DNA of 63,852 nt, counting the filler, from Cystobasidiomycetes sp. EMM_F5 (lineage: Eukaryota), in NCBI GenBank assembly GCA_051047955.1. It is 12 parts of 12 records of this genome, joined end to end, with 100 filler letters (N's around TTAATTAATTAA, not from the genome) between each part and the next. Parts side by side here need not be neighbours in the genome. Positions count along the whole stretch, not along the records: positions 24,778 to 29,960 come from JBPGPT010000090.1; positions 30,061 to 35,200 come from JBPGPT010000091.1; positions 35,301 to 40,423 come from JBPGPT010000092.1; 9 more parts are not named here. One strand, written 5' to 3'. Below, in pieces: positions 24,778 through 35,730 of this stretch (within the stretch, counting starts at the first letter, position 1; every line of letters begins with the position of its first letter). Made by a program: the position numbers and the translations under genes. The notes beneath the pieces were generated by a model. That model had not been told where the DNA came from. It did no database searches and saw only the letters and a list, made by a program, of their open reading frames with translations.

Positions 24778-25553
24778 ACCCTAGCAGTGATCCGAACACT
24801 TCTAGTCGCCTCCCCGTACTCTGTTATCCGAAGACAGAGTACTCCTCCCCTTCGTACTTGTATTCACGACACAACTACGAAGGTCTCCTACGCTGATCCG
24901 AACATCGTAGAACCCTGATAGTGATCAGAACACCATCAGCCGACATCCCCGTACTATATCATCCGAAGATATTGTACTTCTTCATCTTCCGTCGTCTTAG
25001 TACTTCTAAGTACGAAGAAACTACGAAAGACTTCTGCTGTGATCCGAACACTGCAGAGCACCGCTAGTAATCCTAATACTATCGGCCGACACCCGAGCAA
25101 GTGATCAGAACACTTGCTTACGTCCAACACCCCTTAGTACTTTGCTTCGTACTACTACTCGTACTACGAAGAAGTACTAAGATACCTTTACTCCTACATC
25201 GATCCTACTCTTCCACCCCAGCTATCCGCCTACGCCTACGCCCATTACCTTCAGCCTACTCTTTTACCCTTGGCTTCGTCAGTACTCCTCAACTTCTAAG
25301 GAGGCATCGTACTACGAAGACAAGTACTAAGCAAAGTACGAAGCTCGTACTTAGGACTTAGCCGCCAGTAGCACTTCCCACACTTCCCTCGACAAGTAGT
25401 CAAGCCTCGTCTGGACATTTGTATAGGAATCAACCGATCCTACGCGTCCCTATCACAAGTACGAAGGCTTAGTACTTTCGTAAGCAAGTACTAAGGCCCT
25501 ACTAAGGCTTACTACGAAGCCGTTAGTAGCTTGTATTTAGGTACCCGCTCACA
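24778..25553. mobile_element. LTR-like segment of an unrelated element inserted into the start of pol
   Basis: The pol frame of the adjacent element breaks at minus-strand TGTGAGCGGG (25553); internal repeats gtgatc(c/a)gaacac and agtactaag; runs to the contig end. Confidence 0.65.
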
Positions 25554-25650
25554 GATGGGAGGAACGAGGATGCAGAAAGAGCTGCGGATATAATGGTGTT
25601 GCAGCGCCCTGAATAGAGGTCTAGCAGATGGCGCTTGATCGCCAGACCCT

Positions 25651-26646
25651 CTAGTTTTCCGAGTCGGAGGCTAAGGCAATTTGGTTGTCACTTGTCAGAG
25701 TCGCCCGAATTTGCTGACCGCGAGACTTGTTGGCGGACCGCGCGGGACATTCTCCGACTTTGTGACCAGAGTTGCCGCAATAGAGACAGAGATTGTTCTC
25801 CATGCGACGCTTGCGTTCTTCAGGCGTAAGGGGTTGGAATCTGCGTTGACGGGTACCGTCGACTTCCATGCTGTCGGAGTTGCCGGCGGGACGAGTCGCG
25901 GTCGTGGCAGAAGGCTGGGTTTGGTGATGCGTGCGGCCGGTGTTGCGGTTGCCTTGAGTCGGTTGGGAGGTGTGACGTTTCTTCTCCTCAGACCTCGCGT
26001 GCACTCGGTTGTCGATGCGCACAGCGACGGCCTGCAAGTCATGGAGGGTAGCGGGGTCTTCATCTCGCAGGGCTAAGGCGTCTTTGACTTCGGACTTGAG
26101 GCCATCGTAGAAGCGGTCGCGGAGAGCGTCATCATTCCAGGCCAAGAAGGAGGCGTACTGGTCGAAGATAGTCTTGTAAGCCGCCGTTGACCCGGTTTGA
26201 TGAAGGTTTTGAAGCTTGGTCGTGTAGGTCCGATGGATGTCCGAGTCGCCTAGTGCTGCGACGAACTCAGTGACGAAGGTGTTGTAGTTGACCATAGATG
26301 CTGGTGCCGGGTTCTGGTTGATGAGGGGTTCTGCCCACGCAAAAGCTCGGCCACGGAGGTAGGAGCATGCGAACATGATGCGTCGCACATCGTCGGTGAA
26401 TGCTTCGGGGTTGGCGCGCATATAGAGATTGACCTGTGAAAGCCACTGGGAGGCAGAGGCGCGGTCCTTGCCGTCAAATTCGGAAGGCTTGCTGATGTGC
26501 TTGAAGAGGCTTCCAGTGTGAACTTGGGCAGTTGCCGGTTGAGTTTGCATGTTGGTAATCATGCCTTGGAGTTGGGCAATTTGGAATTGCAGGTTGTTGT
26601 ACTCTGCCATAGAGATATTGGCGGGAGTGCTGTTCGGGGTATCCAT
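25651..26646 (-). CDS. gag: Ty3/gypsy Gag (sushi/PEG10-like capsid plus CCHC knuckle), element 1 family
   Basis: [44 protein letters not shown]; ends GAA AAC TAG. Confidence 0.93.
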   Translation of the reverse strand: MDTPNSTPANISMAEYNNLQFQIAQLQGMITNMQTQPATAQVHTGSLFKHISKPSEFDGKDRASASQWLSQVNLYMRANPEAFTDDVRRIMFACSYLRGRAFAWAEPLINQNPAPASMVNYNTFVTEFVAALGDSDIHRTYTTKLQNLHQTGSTAAYKTIFDQYASFLAWNDDALRDRFYDGLKSEVKDALALRDEDPATLHDLQAVAVRIDNRVHARSEEKKRHTSQPTQGNRNTGRTHHQTQPSATTATRPAGNSDSMEVDGTRQRRFQPLTPEERKRRMENNLCLYCGNSGHKVGECPARSANKSRGQQIRATLTSDNQIALASDSEN

Positions 26647-27345
26647 CTTGCGATGCTGAGTGCTTAGATTGCCTTTGCTTAGGTTGTACGCTGAGAGTCT
26701 TGGGTTCTGAGGTTGATTGTTGGAGCAGAGCCAAGAGCAGGAGGGTGGAAACGCTGCTTTTTATGCTTAGAGGCGTTGTTCTCGTAGTTTCGAAGACTTG
26801 GGTGGCGAGATTCCAGAAGGTTCGACGGTGGCGAGGTGTGGAAGGTTTTGGAAGGTCGTGGAATGTTCTGGAACTTGTAGGGTGGCGAAAGTTCCCGAAG
26901 ATTCCAGAGGGTTCTATGGTGTTCCAGAGGGTTCTATGAGGGTCCAGAGGGTTTAATGAGGGTCCAGAGGTCGGATTGAGTATTCAGGTTCGCCCCTGAG
27001 TGCTTCTCTACTGAAGCAGGTGCACTTAGTGCGGCCGACCAGGCTACCACGAAGGTAGTTGTATAGTCTCCCTGCCAGTGTGGGGCGAAAAGCGGAGGAA
27101 CGAAGACACTGCAGAGGCTGGAGCGTTTTGCGGCTGGTCTGCCCTAGGAACAGGGCCGCGGAGCACTTCAAGGCCAACACTACTTGATTCGCCTTGCGAA
27201 GAAGAGCTCTGTGCAGTCGGCTGGCTAGGGTACCACTAGCTTTATAACGCCCGCGTCAAGAGATACTCCGAAGGGAGGTGGGAAGTGGCAGGTTGGATAG
27301 GCCGGGAAGGAGGTAGTCGGGTGTCGGAGTGAGTTCAGATCTTAC

Positions 27346-27704
27346 TGTCGGAAGGTGGAATAGAAGGAGGAGCTGAGTAGGCGACAGGCGACTACCAGGC
27401 TGGGGTATAAAGAGGAAGAGGAATGTATTACTGAACTAGACCACCACTAGGGGTTGACTAGGCAAGATCTGAACTGAAGAAAGGAAAGGAGAGATACAAC
27501 AGAAGAGTTATCTTTTATATTACAGGTAGGTGGCGGTGGCTGTGCAGCCTGGAACTTTCCAGAAGCTTCTATGTGGCAAAAGTTCCAGAATGTTCCACAA
27601 GGTTCCACCGGGTTCCAGAACATTCTATGATGACGTAATGTTCTCGAATGTTCCAGAACGTGCCAGAGACTGACGTGAGGGCTCCTTGAGCTCAGTTCGT
27701 GACA
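27346..27704 (-). mobile_element. LTR (359 bp) lying between the pol end of one copy and the gag of the next
   Basis: TGTCACG start directly after the PPT-like CCGGGGGTAC; ends CCGACA; TATAAAA at 27513-27519; followed by PBS 27332-27343. Confidence 0.85.
27552..27658. promoter_or_regulatory. Cluster of perfect heat-shock elements (nGAAn inverted repeats) plus a CRE-like TGACGTAA in U3
   Basis: GAActTTCcaGAAgcTTC 27552-27569; TTCcaGAAtgTTC 27583-27595; TTCcaGAAcaTTC 27613-27625; TTCtcGAAtgTTCcaGAA 27641-27658; TGACGTAA 27631-27638. Confidence 0.75.
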
Positions 27705-27716
27705 GTACCCCCGGTG

Positions 27717-29960
27717 TTAAGCTCGAAGTCCCTGAGAGCGGATGTGCCTTGAGATTCTGCGGTAGCCAGGTTTATTAGGGTAGCGTGTATGGAAATCTAT
27801 GACTATGTCGTCGAAGGATTGAAGGTCGGAGGCAAGAATCCAAGATCTGTCGGCGACAGGGTAGCCTTGCCAGTGGACGAAGTATTCGAGGTGCTGAGGT
27901 CGTCCACGCATCTTAGAATCGAGTATTTCTTCGACAATGTACGCGGTACGGCCATCTTCCGTGATGATTGGATCAGGCGGAGGGTCGACTTGTCGCTCGA
28001 GGTGTCGGTTTGGAACGTATCGCTCAAGAAGGGATACATGGAAGACATTGTGGATCCGCATGGAGGCTGGGATGTCCAATCTGTAGGCGGACTGTCCGAT
28101 CTTCTTGAGAATCTTGAACGGCCCGAGTTTCTTGAAGTCCAACTTGGTGGAGGGTCGTGTAGTCTTCACAAATCGCCTGAGTAGCCACACTTGCTCGTCC
28201 TCCTGGAAGATAGGTGCCTGAGTTCGCTTGCGGTTTGCATAGAAGGCATGTTGCTGGACATTTCGGCTGATGTTGTCTTTGCAAAGCTGGTGCACCTCTT
28301 GTATGCGCCTGAGGCGGGCTTGAGTATCGGGCGTGTCGCTATCTTGGAGCGTTATAGAGAGCCGAGGGTTATAGGCTTGATTGGCGTGGAAGGGTGTCAT
28401 ACCAATGGTAGAATGATGGGTACAGTTGTAACTGAATTCGGCAAGGGGTAGTAGCTGGGACCAATCGTCCTGGAGGTAGTCGCAGAAGATACGGAGATGA
28501 GTCTCGAGGATTTGATTGATCCGTTCTGTCTGACCATCGGACTCTGGATGGAAAGCTGTTGAGAGGTTTGGCTTGACTTGAAGCATGGTGAGGAAGTCGT
28601 GCCACCATTTAGAAGCGAAGGTTGTGCCTCGGTCTGAGACAATGTCGTTTGGAAGACCATGGAGGCGGAATATGTTTTCCATGAACTGGCGAGCGAGGGT
28701 CCCAGCTGTGTCGTTCTTGTTTGCGCGAATGAAGTGTGCTTGCTGGGTGAGTCGATCTACGACCACAAGAACAGCGTCGTAACCTTCGTACGGAGGGAGA
28801 TCAACGATGTGATCCATCGAGAGCGAAAGCCAGGGGCCAGTGGGGACTGGTAGTGGTTGGAGGTAGCCGTATTTGGAATGATGCACGGATTTGCTTCGCT
28901 GACACAAGTCACAGGACTGTATGTACTCATTGATGAAGTCGCGCATCTTGGGCCACCAGAAGTTTCGCTGAACAATCTCGATCGTCTTGGCTTGGCCAGG
29001 GTGTCCAGTCTCGGGGGAGTCATGAGCTTGCTGCAGGATTTTGACTTTGAGGGTTTCGTAGTCGGGGATATAGATAAGGTTCTTGTAGTACAGGAGGTCG
29101 TTGCGCAGGCTGTACGCTTCGATGTCTGCAGGAGCGTCGTCACGATGGTTGTCCGGATCTTGCAGAGCATACAAAACGCCGTGTATGCTGGGGTCAAGGG
29201 GAAGGTGGCGGACAATGATGTCTTTGATGTCGGAGGTAGGCGTATACTGAATGATTGCAGCGAGTATGGGGCGCAGCATGATCTCGGGCTGCGCTTGTGA
29301 TGCTTCTCCCCCCTCTGCATAATCGGGGCGACGCGATAAGGCGTCAGGCTTGCCGCTCTCTTTGCCTGGGCGGTATTTGATTTTATACTGATGGTGATTG
29401 ATTACTTCTGACCATCTCGCTTGGCGCCTGGTGAGCACCTTGCCGGTTTTGAAGTATTCCAGGGCTTGATGGTCGGTAAGGATGGTAAACGGGCGGGGAA
29501 GTCTTCGAGGTAATGTCGCCATATTTTAATAGCTGACACCACTGCAAGGAGTTCTTTATCGTGGATTTCGTAGTTGAGTTCCGCCGGGTTCATCTTGCGT
29601 GACATGAAAGCTACGGGGTGTAGCATTTTGTCGTGGTATTGGGATAGGACGGCGGAGATTGCAAAGTCGGAGGAGTCCGTCTCGATGACAGTCTCTTTGT
29701 CGGGATCGAAATGGCGAAGGATATCAGCGCCTGTGAAGGCGGATTTGATGTGGTTAAATGCTTGACGGGCTGCATCGTCAAATTGATAAGTGGTGTTTTT
29801 CTTGAGGAGGCGTGTCATGGGGACTATGATCCTTGAGTAGCCTTTGATGAAGCGTCGGTAGAAGTTCGCGAAGCCTAAGAATTGTTGTAGTTCGCGAACT
29901 GATGCCGGCTCGGGCCAGGATGTAACAGAGTCGACCTTGTCTTGTGCCATAGCGACACCG
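27717..29960 (-). pseudogene. pol: Ty3/gypsy pol 3' half (RT connection, RNase H, integrase, chromodomain) with a 1-bp frameshift near 29503
   Basis: ORFs 29402-29950 ([18 protein letters not shown]) and 27717-29522 (HHCC, DDE, GPF, chromodomain YIVEEILD...YFVHWQGY) join at HYLE/GLP if one G is restored. Confidence 0.9.
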
Positions 29961-30321
29961 NNNNNNNNNNNNNNNNNNNNNNNNNNNNNNNNNNNNNNNN
30001 NNNNTTAATTAATTAANNNNNNNNNNNNNNNNNNNNNNNNNNNNNNNNNNNNNNNNNNNNGACTGCTGGCGTCGCCTTTTGGGGAAGTAGGGGAAGAGGG
30101 CAATGATGAGGGAATATGGGGCGTGGGGCGTGGGGGCAGGGAGCGTGGGTATATAGAGAATGTGTGGGTATAGGGAGGGGTAGCCTGCTATCGGCATCCC
30201 CTTGGTAGAAAGCAGTCCTATTTATTGTCCGTTAGATGGCTCATCTGCCAAATGATCGAACTTTGCGTGGCGGTCGTGACAGTACCCCCGGGTTCAAGCC
30301 GAACTCCTGAGAGGGGTAGTT

Positions 30322-33300
30322 TTATATTGCTGGTCGAGGTCGCCTGAGATCGGCGAGGGTGTACCTCTGATTACTGGGAAGATGTATGCGGCCATAGCCA
30401 GGTTTGTCGGGGTATTTACGGTGGAAGCTTAGTACTAAAGCATCGTCATTTTTAAGATCCTCTGCGGCTCCCCAGCTATTGTCCTGTGAAGAGTATCCCT
30501 TCCATTTGTAGAAGTACTCCAGAACATCACCGCGTCGCATACGTGAATCCAGGATGGCTTCCGGGATGTATCGTTCCTCGAAGAAGTCCGCGACAGGATC
30601 TGGTCGTACAGGTGTCATTCGTTCAGGATGCACGTTGTGACGATACTTCTCCAAAAGAGAGACGTGGAAAACAGGATGACACTTCATAGTGTTCGGAAGC
30701 TTGAGGCGGAAACTTGATATTCCCACTGGTCGCTCGATTTCGAACGGTCCCAGCTTCTTTGCATCAAGCTTGTCCATTGGGCGATCCGTCCGGATTTGCA
30801 GTTTGCCGGAACGTGGATTATATCTTCGCAAAAGTACCATGTCTCCGATCTTAAAAGGTGGAGGCGGCATGCGATGTTTGTTTGCCCAGAGGACGTGTTG
30901 TTGCAAGGAGTGATTTATCATTTCACTTGCATTTTCATGTGCTCGATGTATCTTGGCGAGTCTTCGATCTACGTCCGGTACTCTGGAGTCTTCAGCGGTA
31001 AGAGTCATGCGAGGGTGGTAGCCAAAGTTGGCGTAGAAGGGAGACATCCCGATGGAAGAGTGGTATGTCGAGTTGTATGCGAATTCTGCTATGGGTAATA
31101 GCTCAGACCAGTCGGTCATGAGGTAATCACAGTAGTTCCGCAGGAACAGCTCGACACTCTGGTTGACTCTTTCCGTTTGCCCATCGGTTTCAGGATGAAA
31201 TGCGGTAGACAGGGCTGGCTTGACTTTCAAGAGTCCAAGTAGTTCGGTCCACCATTGTGAAGCGAAGGTCTGACCACGATCGGACACAATATCATTCGGC
31301 AGACCGTGTAGTCGCCAGATGTTATCCAGATACTGACGAGCTAGAGTAGCAGCGGTGTCCGTTGTCTTTGCGCTGATGAAATGAGCCATCTTTGTTAAGC
31401 GATCGACTACTACTAGTATAGCGTCGTATCCGCTCGAGCGAGGTAGGTTAATGATGTGATCCATCGACAGGGACAGCCAAGGTCCTTCTGGCACTGGTAG
31501 AGGTTGGAGTAGGCCGTAGGGACGATGGTGATCGGATTTGTTGCGCTGACAAGTATCACACGAACGTATGTACTCATTTATGAACTCTCGCATGTTGGGC
31601 CAATAGTAATTGCGCTGAACGTATTCCAATGTCTTTGCTTGGCCAGGATGGTTGACGTCCATTACATCGTGAGCATTCTGCAAGATGCGTACTTTGATTG
31701 TCTCGTAATTGGGAACGTAGATGAGGCCGCGAATAAGCAGGACACCCTGAACTACGCCTGTTCCCATCGTAAAGTAATTTGGAACGGAGTCACGATTGGC
31801 ACCTTCAGTCTCCAGTATATCGATGTAATCGTCTACAGCTGGATCGTGTCGCTGAAATCGTTTCAGGTCTGGGATGAGTTCGGATGTGGAGTTGCGAACC
31901 CGAAAAGTTGCAGAGAGCGCTTGTGGGCGGAGTAGGATGAGCGGTTCTTCCTCACTGGCTTTACCCCCCGCGGCAAAATCGGGACGACGACTGAGTGCGT
32001 CTGGTTTTCCAGCTTTATCGCCGGATCGGTATTTGATTATGTACTTGTGATGATTTATTACTTCCGACCAACGAGCTTGTCGCCTGGTCAACGTTTTCGA
32101 CGTTTGGAAGTACTGTAATGCCTGATGGTCTGACAGGATTATGAAAGGCTCTTTGAGTCCTTCGAGGTAATGTCGCCATATTTTAATGGATTCGACTATT
32201 GCCAGTAATTCTTTATCGTGTATTTCGTAATTCCTTTCTGCGGGATTCATCTTGCGAGACATGAAAGCCACTGGATACAGCGTTTTGTCGTGGTACTGAG
32301 ACAGTACACCGGATATTGCATAGTCTGAGGCATCGGTTTCTATGACAGTGGACAGAGAAGGATCGAAGTGTCGGAGGAAGTCGGCTGTAGTGAAAGCCGC
32401 TTTTATACTATTGAACGCTTCTCTGGCCGATACGTCGAAGATAGATTTGGTGTCTTTCTTAAGTAGTCTCGTCAAGGGTGAGATGATGCGTGAATATCCT
32501 TGGATGAACCTTCGATAGAAGTTGGCGAAGCCTGAGAATTGCTGTAGCTCGCGCACTCTTGTTGGTTCAGGCCAGGATAATACGGCATCGACCTTATTCT
32601 GGGCCATACTAACGCCATCAGAGGCGATAATGAAGCCTAAGAATTCTGTCTTGGTAACTGAGAATTCGCATTTCTCGGCTTTTGCATACAAGTTGTTGTT
32701 GGTGAGGCGTTGCAAGACTTTGCGAACGTCTTCTATATGCGAGTCAGGAGAGTCGGAGAATATGAGTATATCATCCAGATATACCAAGACGGTGTGGTCC
32801 AGCATGTCACGGAAGACATCATTCATGAAATGCTGAAACACAGCTGGAGCATTGGTGAGTCCAAACGGCATGACCATGCATTCGAAATGGCCGTATCTCG
32901 TGCGAAAGGCTGTCTTCCATTCGTCGCCTTCTTTCACACGGACCAAATTGTAGGCCCCTCGAAGATCGAGCTTAGTGAACATCTTGGCTCTTCTAAGTCG
33001 ATCCAGAGCTTCAGGGATCAGGGGTAACGGATACCGATTCTTTATCGTGATATTATTCAATGCACGATAATCCACACAGAGACGTAAGGATCCGTCTTTC
33101 TTCTTGACAAAGAGAATAGGCGATCCGGCAGGAGAGCGCGAAGCTCGTATGAAGCCTTTGGACAGGTTGTCCTCTAGCCATTCCGATAGAGCCTTGAGTT
33201 CAAGCTCTGACAGGGAGTAAAGAGGTCCATAAGGAGGCGTCTTGCCTTCCTCGAGCTCGATACTCAGATCATATGGTCTATGGGGAGGCAGAGCATCTGC

Positions 33301-34080
33301 TTTCGTTTTAGAGAACGCGGGGAGCAGATCATGATACTCCGAAGGTACAGTCGTTTTGAGAGTGGTGATGTAATCTTCGGGGTCTGGGAGTTCTTCTTCA
33401 GAGGATGGTGGCTGAAAAGCTCCATCTGTGACTGCACCGAGCTGCATGCGAGCAGCAGTCTGATAGAACAGAGTGCCCATGGAAGAGCCAGGTTCATTTG
33501 CAGCTTCGGCTATGGCTGCAGAGTCCAGGAAAGCAATATCATGCATTGATGACATGGGAACGAATGGAAGTCCGCGTATCTCCACAGGACGATCGTCGGT
33601 GTCGCGAGACCTGATGGTGAGGACTTTCCGTTTCCAGTCGATATCAGGATTGTGAGCACGCAGCCAAGGCATGCCCAGCACAACAGGATAGATTCCAAGC
33701 TGAGTGACGTCCAAATTGATCAGGTAAGGGCGTCCACCCGTCTGAATCTTCAGAGAACAGGAGTGGGTAATGTTCCCAGAGGCGATGGGTCTGCCATCGA
33801 TGACGTAGAGAGCCGAAGGCGCGTCCTTCTGGACTGCGTGAAGACCATAACGCTCGACGAAGCGTTGGTCAATGAAATCAGATGATGCGCCGCTATCTAG
33901 CAGGGCATAAGCAGGGAGTGCGACAACGGAGTTGTCAGGCAGGATTTGATGCATCTTGAGTGCTATCACGAAGTGTGTTGTATCAGGAGCAGTGGCAGCA
34001 CTGGCGTGAAGGGTTTGCAGGCGCCACTCAGGCTTGGTGTCCGACGCAGGGCGCATGGCGTTCGGACATTCTAGTTTTCC
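30322..34080 (-). CDS. pol: Pol (protease LLDSGA, RT YLDD, RNase H, integrase, chromodomain), in -1 frame relative to gag
   Basis: Uninterrupted 1294-codon ORF with PR-RT-RH-IN-CHD order. Confidence 0.97.
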   Translation of the reverse strand, partial: GKLECPNAMRPASDTKPEWRLQTLHASAATAPDTTHFVIALKMHQILPDNSVVALPAYALLDSGASSDFIDQRFVERYGLHAVQKDAPSALYVIDGRPIASGNITHSCSLKIQTGGRPYLINLDVTQLGIYPVVLGMPWLRAHNPDIDWKRKVLTIRSRDTDDRPVEIRGLPFVPMSSMHDIAFLDSAAIAEAANEPGSSMGTLFYQTAARMQLGAVTDGAFQPPSSEEELPDPEDYITTLKTTVPSEYHDLLPAFSKTKADALPPHRPYDLSIELEEGKTPPYGPLYSLSELELKALSEWLEDNLSKGFIRASRSPAGSPILFVKKKDGSLRLCVDYRALNNITIKNRYPLPLIPEALDRLRRAKMFTKLDLRGAYNLVRVKEGDEWKTAFRTRYGHFECMVMPFGLTNAPAVFQHFMNDVFRDMLDHTVLVYLDDILIFSDSPDSHIEDVRKVLQRLTNNNLYAKAEKCEFSVTKTEFLGFIIASDGVSMAQNKVDAVLSWPEPTRVRELQQFSGFANFYRRFIQGYSRIISPLTRLLKKDTKSIFDVSAREAFNSIKAAFTTADFLRHFDPSLSTVIETDASDYAISGVLSQYHDKTLYPVAFMSRKMNPAERNYEIHDKELLAIVESIKIWRHYLEGLKEPFIILSDHQALQYFQTSKTLTRRQARWSEVINHHKYIIKYRSGDKAGKPDALSRRPDFAAGGKASEEEPLILLRPQALSATFRVRNSTSELIPDLKRFQRHDPAVDDYIDILETEGANRDSVPNYFTMGTGVVQGVLLIRGLIYVPNYETIKVRILQNAHDVMDVNHPGQAKTLEYVQRNYYWPNMREFINEYIRSCDTCQRNKSDHHRPYGLLQPLPVPEGPWLSLSMDHIINLPRSSGYDAILVVVDRLTKMAHFISAKTTDTAATLARQYLDNIWRLHGLPNDIVSDRGQTFASQWWTELLGLLKVKPALSTAFHPETDGQTERVNQSVELFLRNYCDYLMTDWSELLPIAEFAYNSTYHSSIGMSPFYANFGYHPRMTLTAEDSRVPDVDRRLAKIHRAHENASEMINHSLQQHVLWANKHRMPPPPFKIGDMVLLRRYNPRSGKLQIRTDRPMDKLDAKKLGPFEIERPVGISSFRLKLPNTMKCHPVFHVSLLEKYRHNVHPERMTPVRPDPVADFFEERYIPEAILDSRMRRGDVLEYFYKWKGYSSQDNSWGAAEDLKNDDALVLSFHRKYPDKPGYGRIHLPSNQRYTLADLRRPRPAI

Positions 34081-35099
34081 GAGGTGTTTTTGCGAACAGG
34101 TTTGCCAACCGGCGCGGACAATGTTGCCTGCAACCGTTGACCTGGCTTCTGACGCTTTGCCGGACAGTCGTTTGCGCGATGACCAGCCTTGCCGCAGTAG
34201 AGGCACAAGTTATTGGTCATGCGATGCTGACGTTCAGCAGGCGTGAGAGGCTTATAACGACGCTCGGAAGTTGCATCTATGTCCATGGTCATTGGCATGG
34301 ACATCGAGACCTGTCGGGTGTAGTTCTGAGAGCGGGGTTCCGGACGAGATGGTTTACGATGCGCATGGGACGACGAGTGACGCGAGCCGGTGTTTGTAGG
34401 CTTGATAAAGCCTCCTCGCGACTCTTGCTTACGTTCATAGAGACGGTTGTCGATTCGTACGCATAAGTCCTGGAACTCGCGGAAGTCTTGAGGCTCTTCG
34501 ACGACCAAGGCAAGAGCATCCTTGACGTCTGCCTTGAGACCATCGTAGAAGTAGGTCTTGAGACCGGCTTCGTTGATTGACAAGTACTGAGCGATACTAT
34601 CGAACTCAGTGCGGAAGTTGGTGCAGGAAGTGGTTTGACGAAGAGACTTGAGCCGCTTTGTCATAGTGTGCGAACGGTCTGGGTCTCCCAAAGCTCTTTC
34701 CATTTGGTTCGAGAAGTACTCGAAGTCCAACATGAGTCGCTCATTGGGTCTTGCAAGATACGGTTCGATCCATGCGAAGGCTCGTCCCCTGAGATAGGTG
34801 GCCACAAAAGAAATTTTGGCGGTGTCCGAGGCAAACAGGTGTATATTCCCAGCGATGAACAGTCGAACCTGGGATAGGAAGTCCGAGCAACCATTCTTGT
34901 CCTTGCCATCATATTCGTCTGGTCTCTTGAATAATTTGCCCAACCCAGATGAAGACGTAAAAGCAGCAGCTGCGTTGGCAGTGGCTGCGGCTGTTCTTGC
35001 GTCTTGTAATGCTGCTTCAGCAATTTGATGTGCTTGTAGAGCATGATTGGCGATGACTTCGGGACTTGGTTGACTCTGCGGGACTTGCTGAGTGTCCAT
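34071..35099 (-). CDS. gag: Gag with CCHC zinc knuckle
   Basis: 342 aa; [33 protein letters not shown]. Confidence 0.96.
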   Translation of the reverse strand: MDTQQVPQSQPSPEVIANHALQAHQIAEAALQDARTAAATANAAAAFTSSSGLGKLFKRPDEYDGKDKNGCSDFLSQVRLFIAGNIHLFASDTAKISFVATYLRGRAFAWIEPYLARPNERLMLDFEYFSNQMERALGDPDRSHTMTKRLKSLRQTTSCTNFRTEFDSIAQYLSINEAGLKTYFYDGLKADVKDALALVVEEPQDFREFQDLCVRIDNRLYERKQESRGGFIKPTNTGSRHSSSHAHRKPSRPEPRSQNYTRQVSMSMPMTMDIDATSERRYKPLTPAERQHRMTNNLCLYCGKAGHRANDCPAKRQKPGQRLQATLSAPVGKPVRKNTSEN

Positions 35100-35730
35100 G
35101 TTTTAGGACTTGCTTGCGAGGACGAAGTCCGAGTTCTGTTCTAGTTGTCGGGCTACACGCCCACCCGGGGGAAAAGTACTAAGAGTACTTAGAGATTTAC
35201 NNNNNNNNNNNNNNNNNNNNNNNNNNNNNNNNNNNNNNNNNNNNTTAATTAATTAANNNNNNNNNNNNNNNNNNNNNNNNNNNNNNNNNNNNNNNNNNNN
35301 GGCGAGTCGCTACGGACGAGTTGCAGTTGCACGACTTGCAAAAGGCAGTCGCAGCTCGTCCAGTGCACGCTCCGAGCAGCCCGCCGACGCAGCTCAGCCC
35401 GGCGCCTGGGTGTCCAATACCAGATATCGAACATCAAACATCAAACATCAGCCCCGACATGGCTTCATACCCACCGCAACTGGCGCCCACTAGCCAGCAT
35501 GCTCCCAGCGCCTCCGAGCAGCGGTATCGACAGCAGTGCGCCCATGTCTTAATGAATCTAATTAATAGCAGCACCACACCGAGTACAGTGCTTCAATGAA
35601 GTTCAAAATGGAAACACTAATTCATGAACGATAGGACATTCTGGATAATTCAGACCGATGCCGTATAGCAACCTGGTTATAGCGCGTACCAGCAGGCTTC
35701 ACAGTCCGCCTGTCGTGTTCTTGCAGGGTT

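Larger units (their letters stand above)
30061..35200 (-). mobile_element. Near full-length Ty3/gypsy chromovirus (element 2); partial LTRs 35146-35200 and 30061-30281
   Basis: Order LTR end CCCGACA, PBS, gag, pol, PPT-like CCCGGGGGTAC, TGTCACG. Confidence 0.97.

Noticed and set aside
24778..25553. TpA-rich composition suggesting RIP
   Set aside because: Explained by internal agtact/tacgaag repeats. TCG/CGA remain abundant and neighbouring elements keep long open frames; no alignment available to test it.
26801..26890. GGTGGCGA copies as Rpn4/PACE sites
   Set aside because: The repeats are real, but Rpn4 specificity is established in ascomycete yeasts and cannot be assigned here.
27243..27250. 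Alternative LTR end at CGTTATA (minus strand)
   Set aside because: The CCGACA end at 27346 matches the termini of the other elements and is directly followed by the self-complementary PBS.
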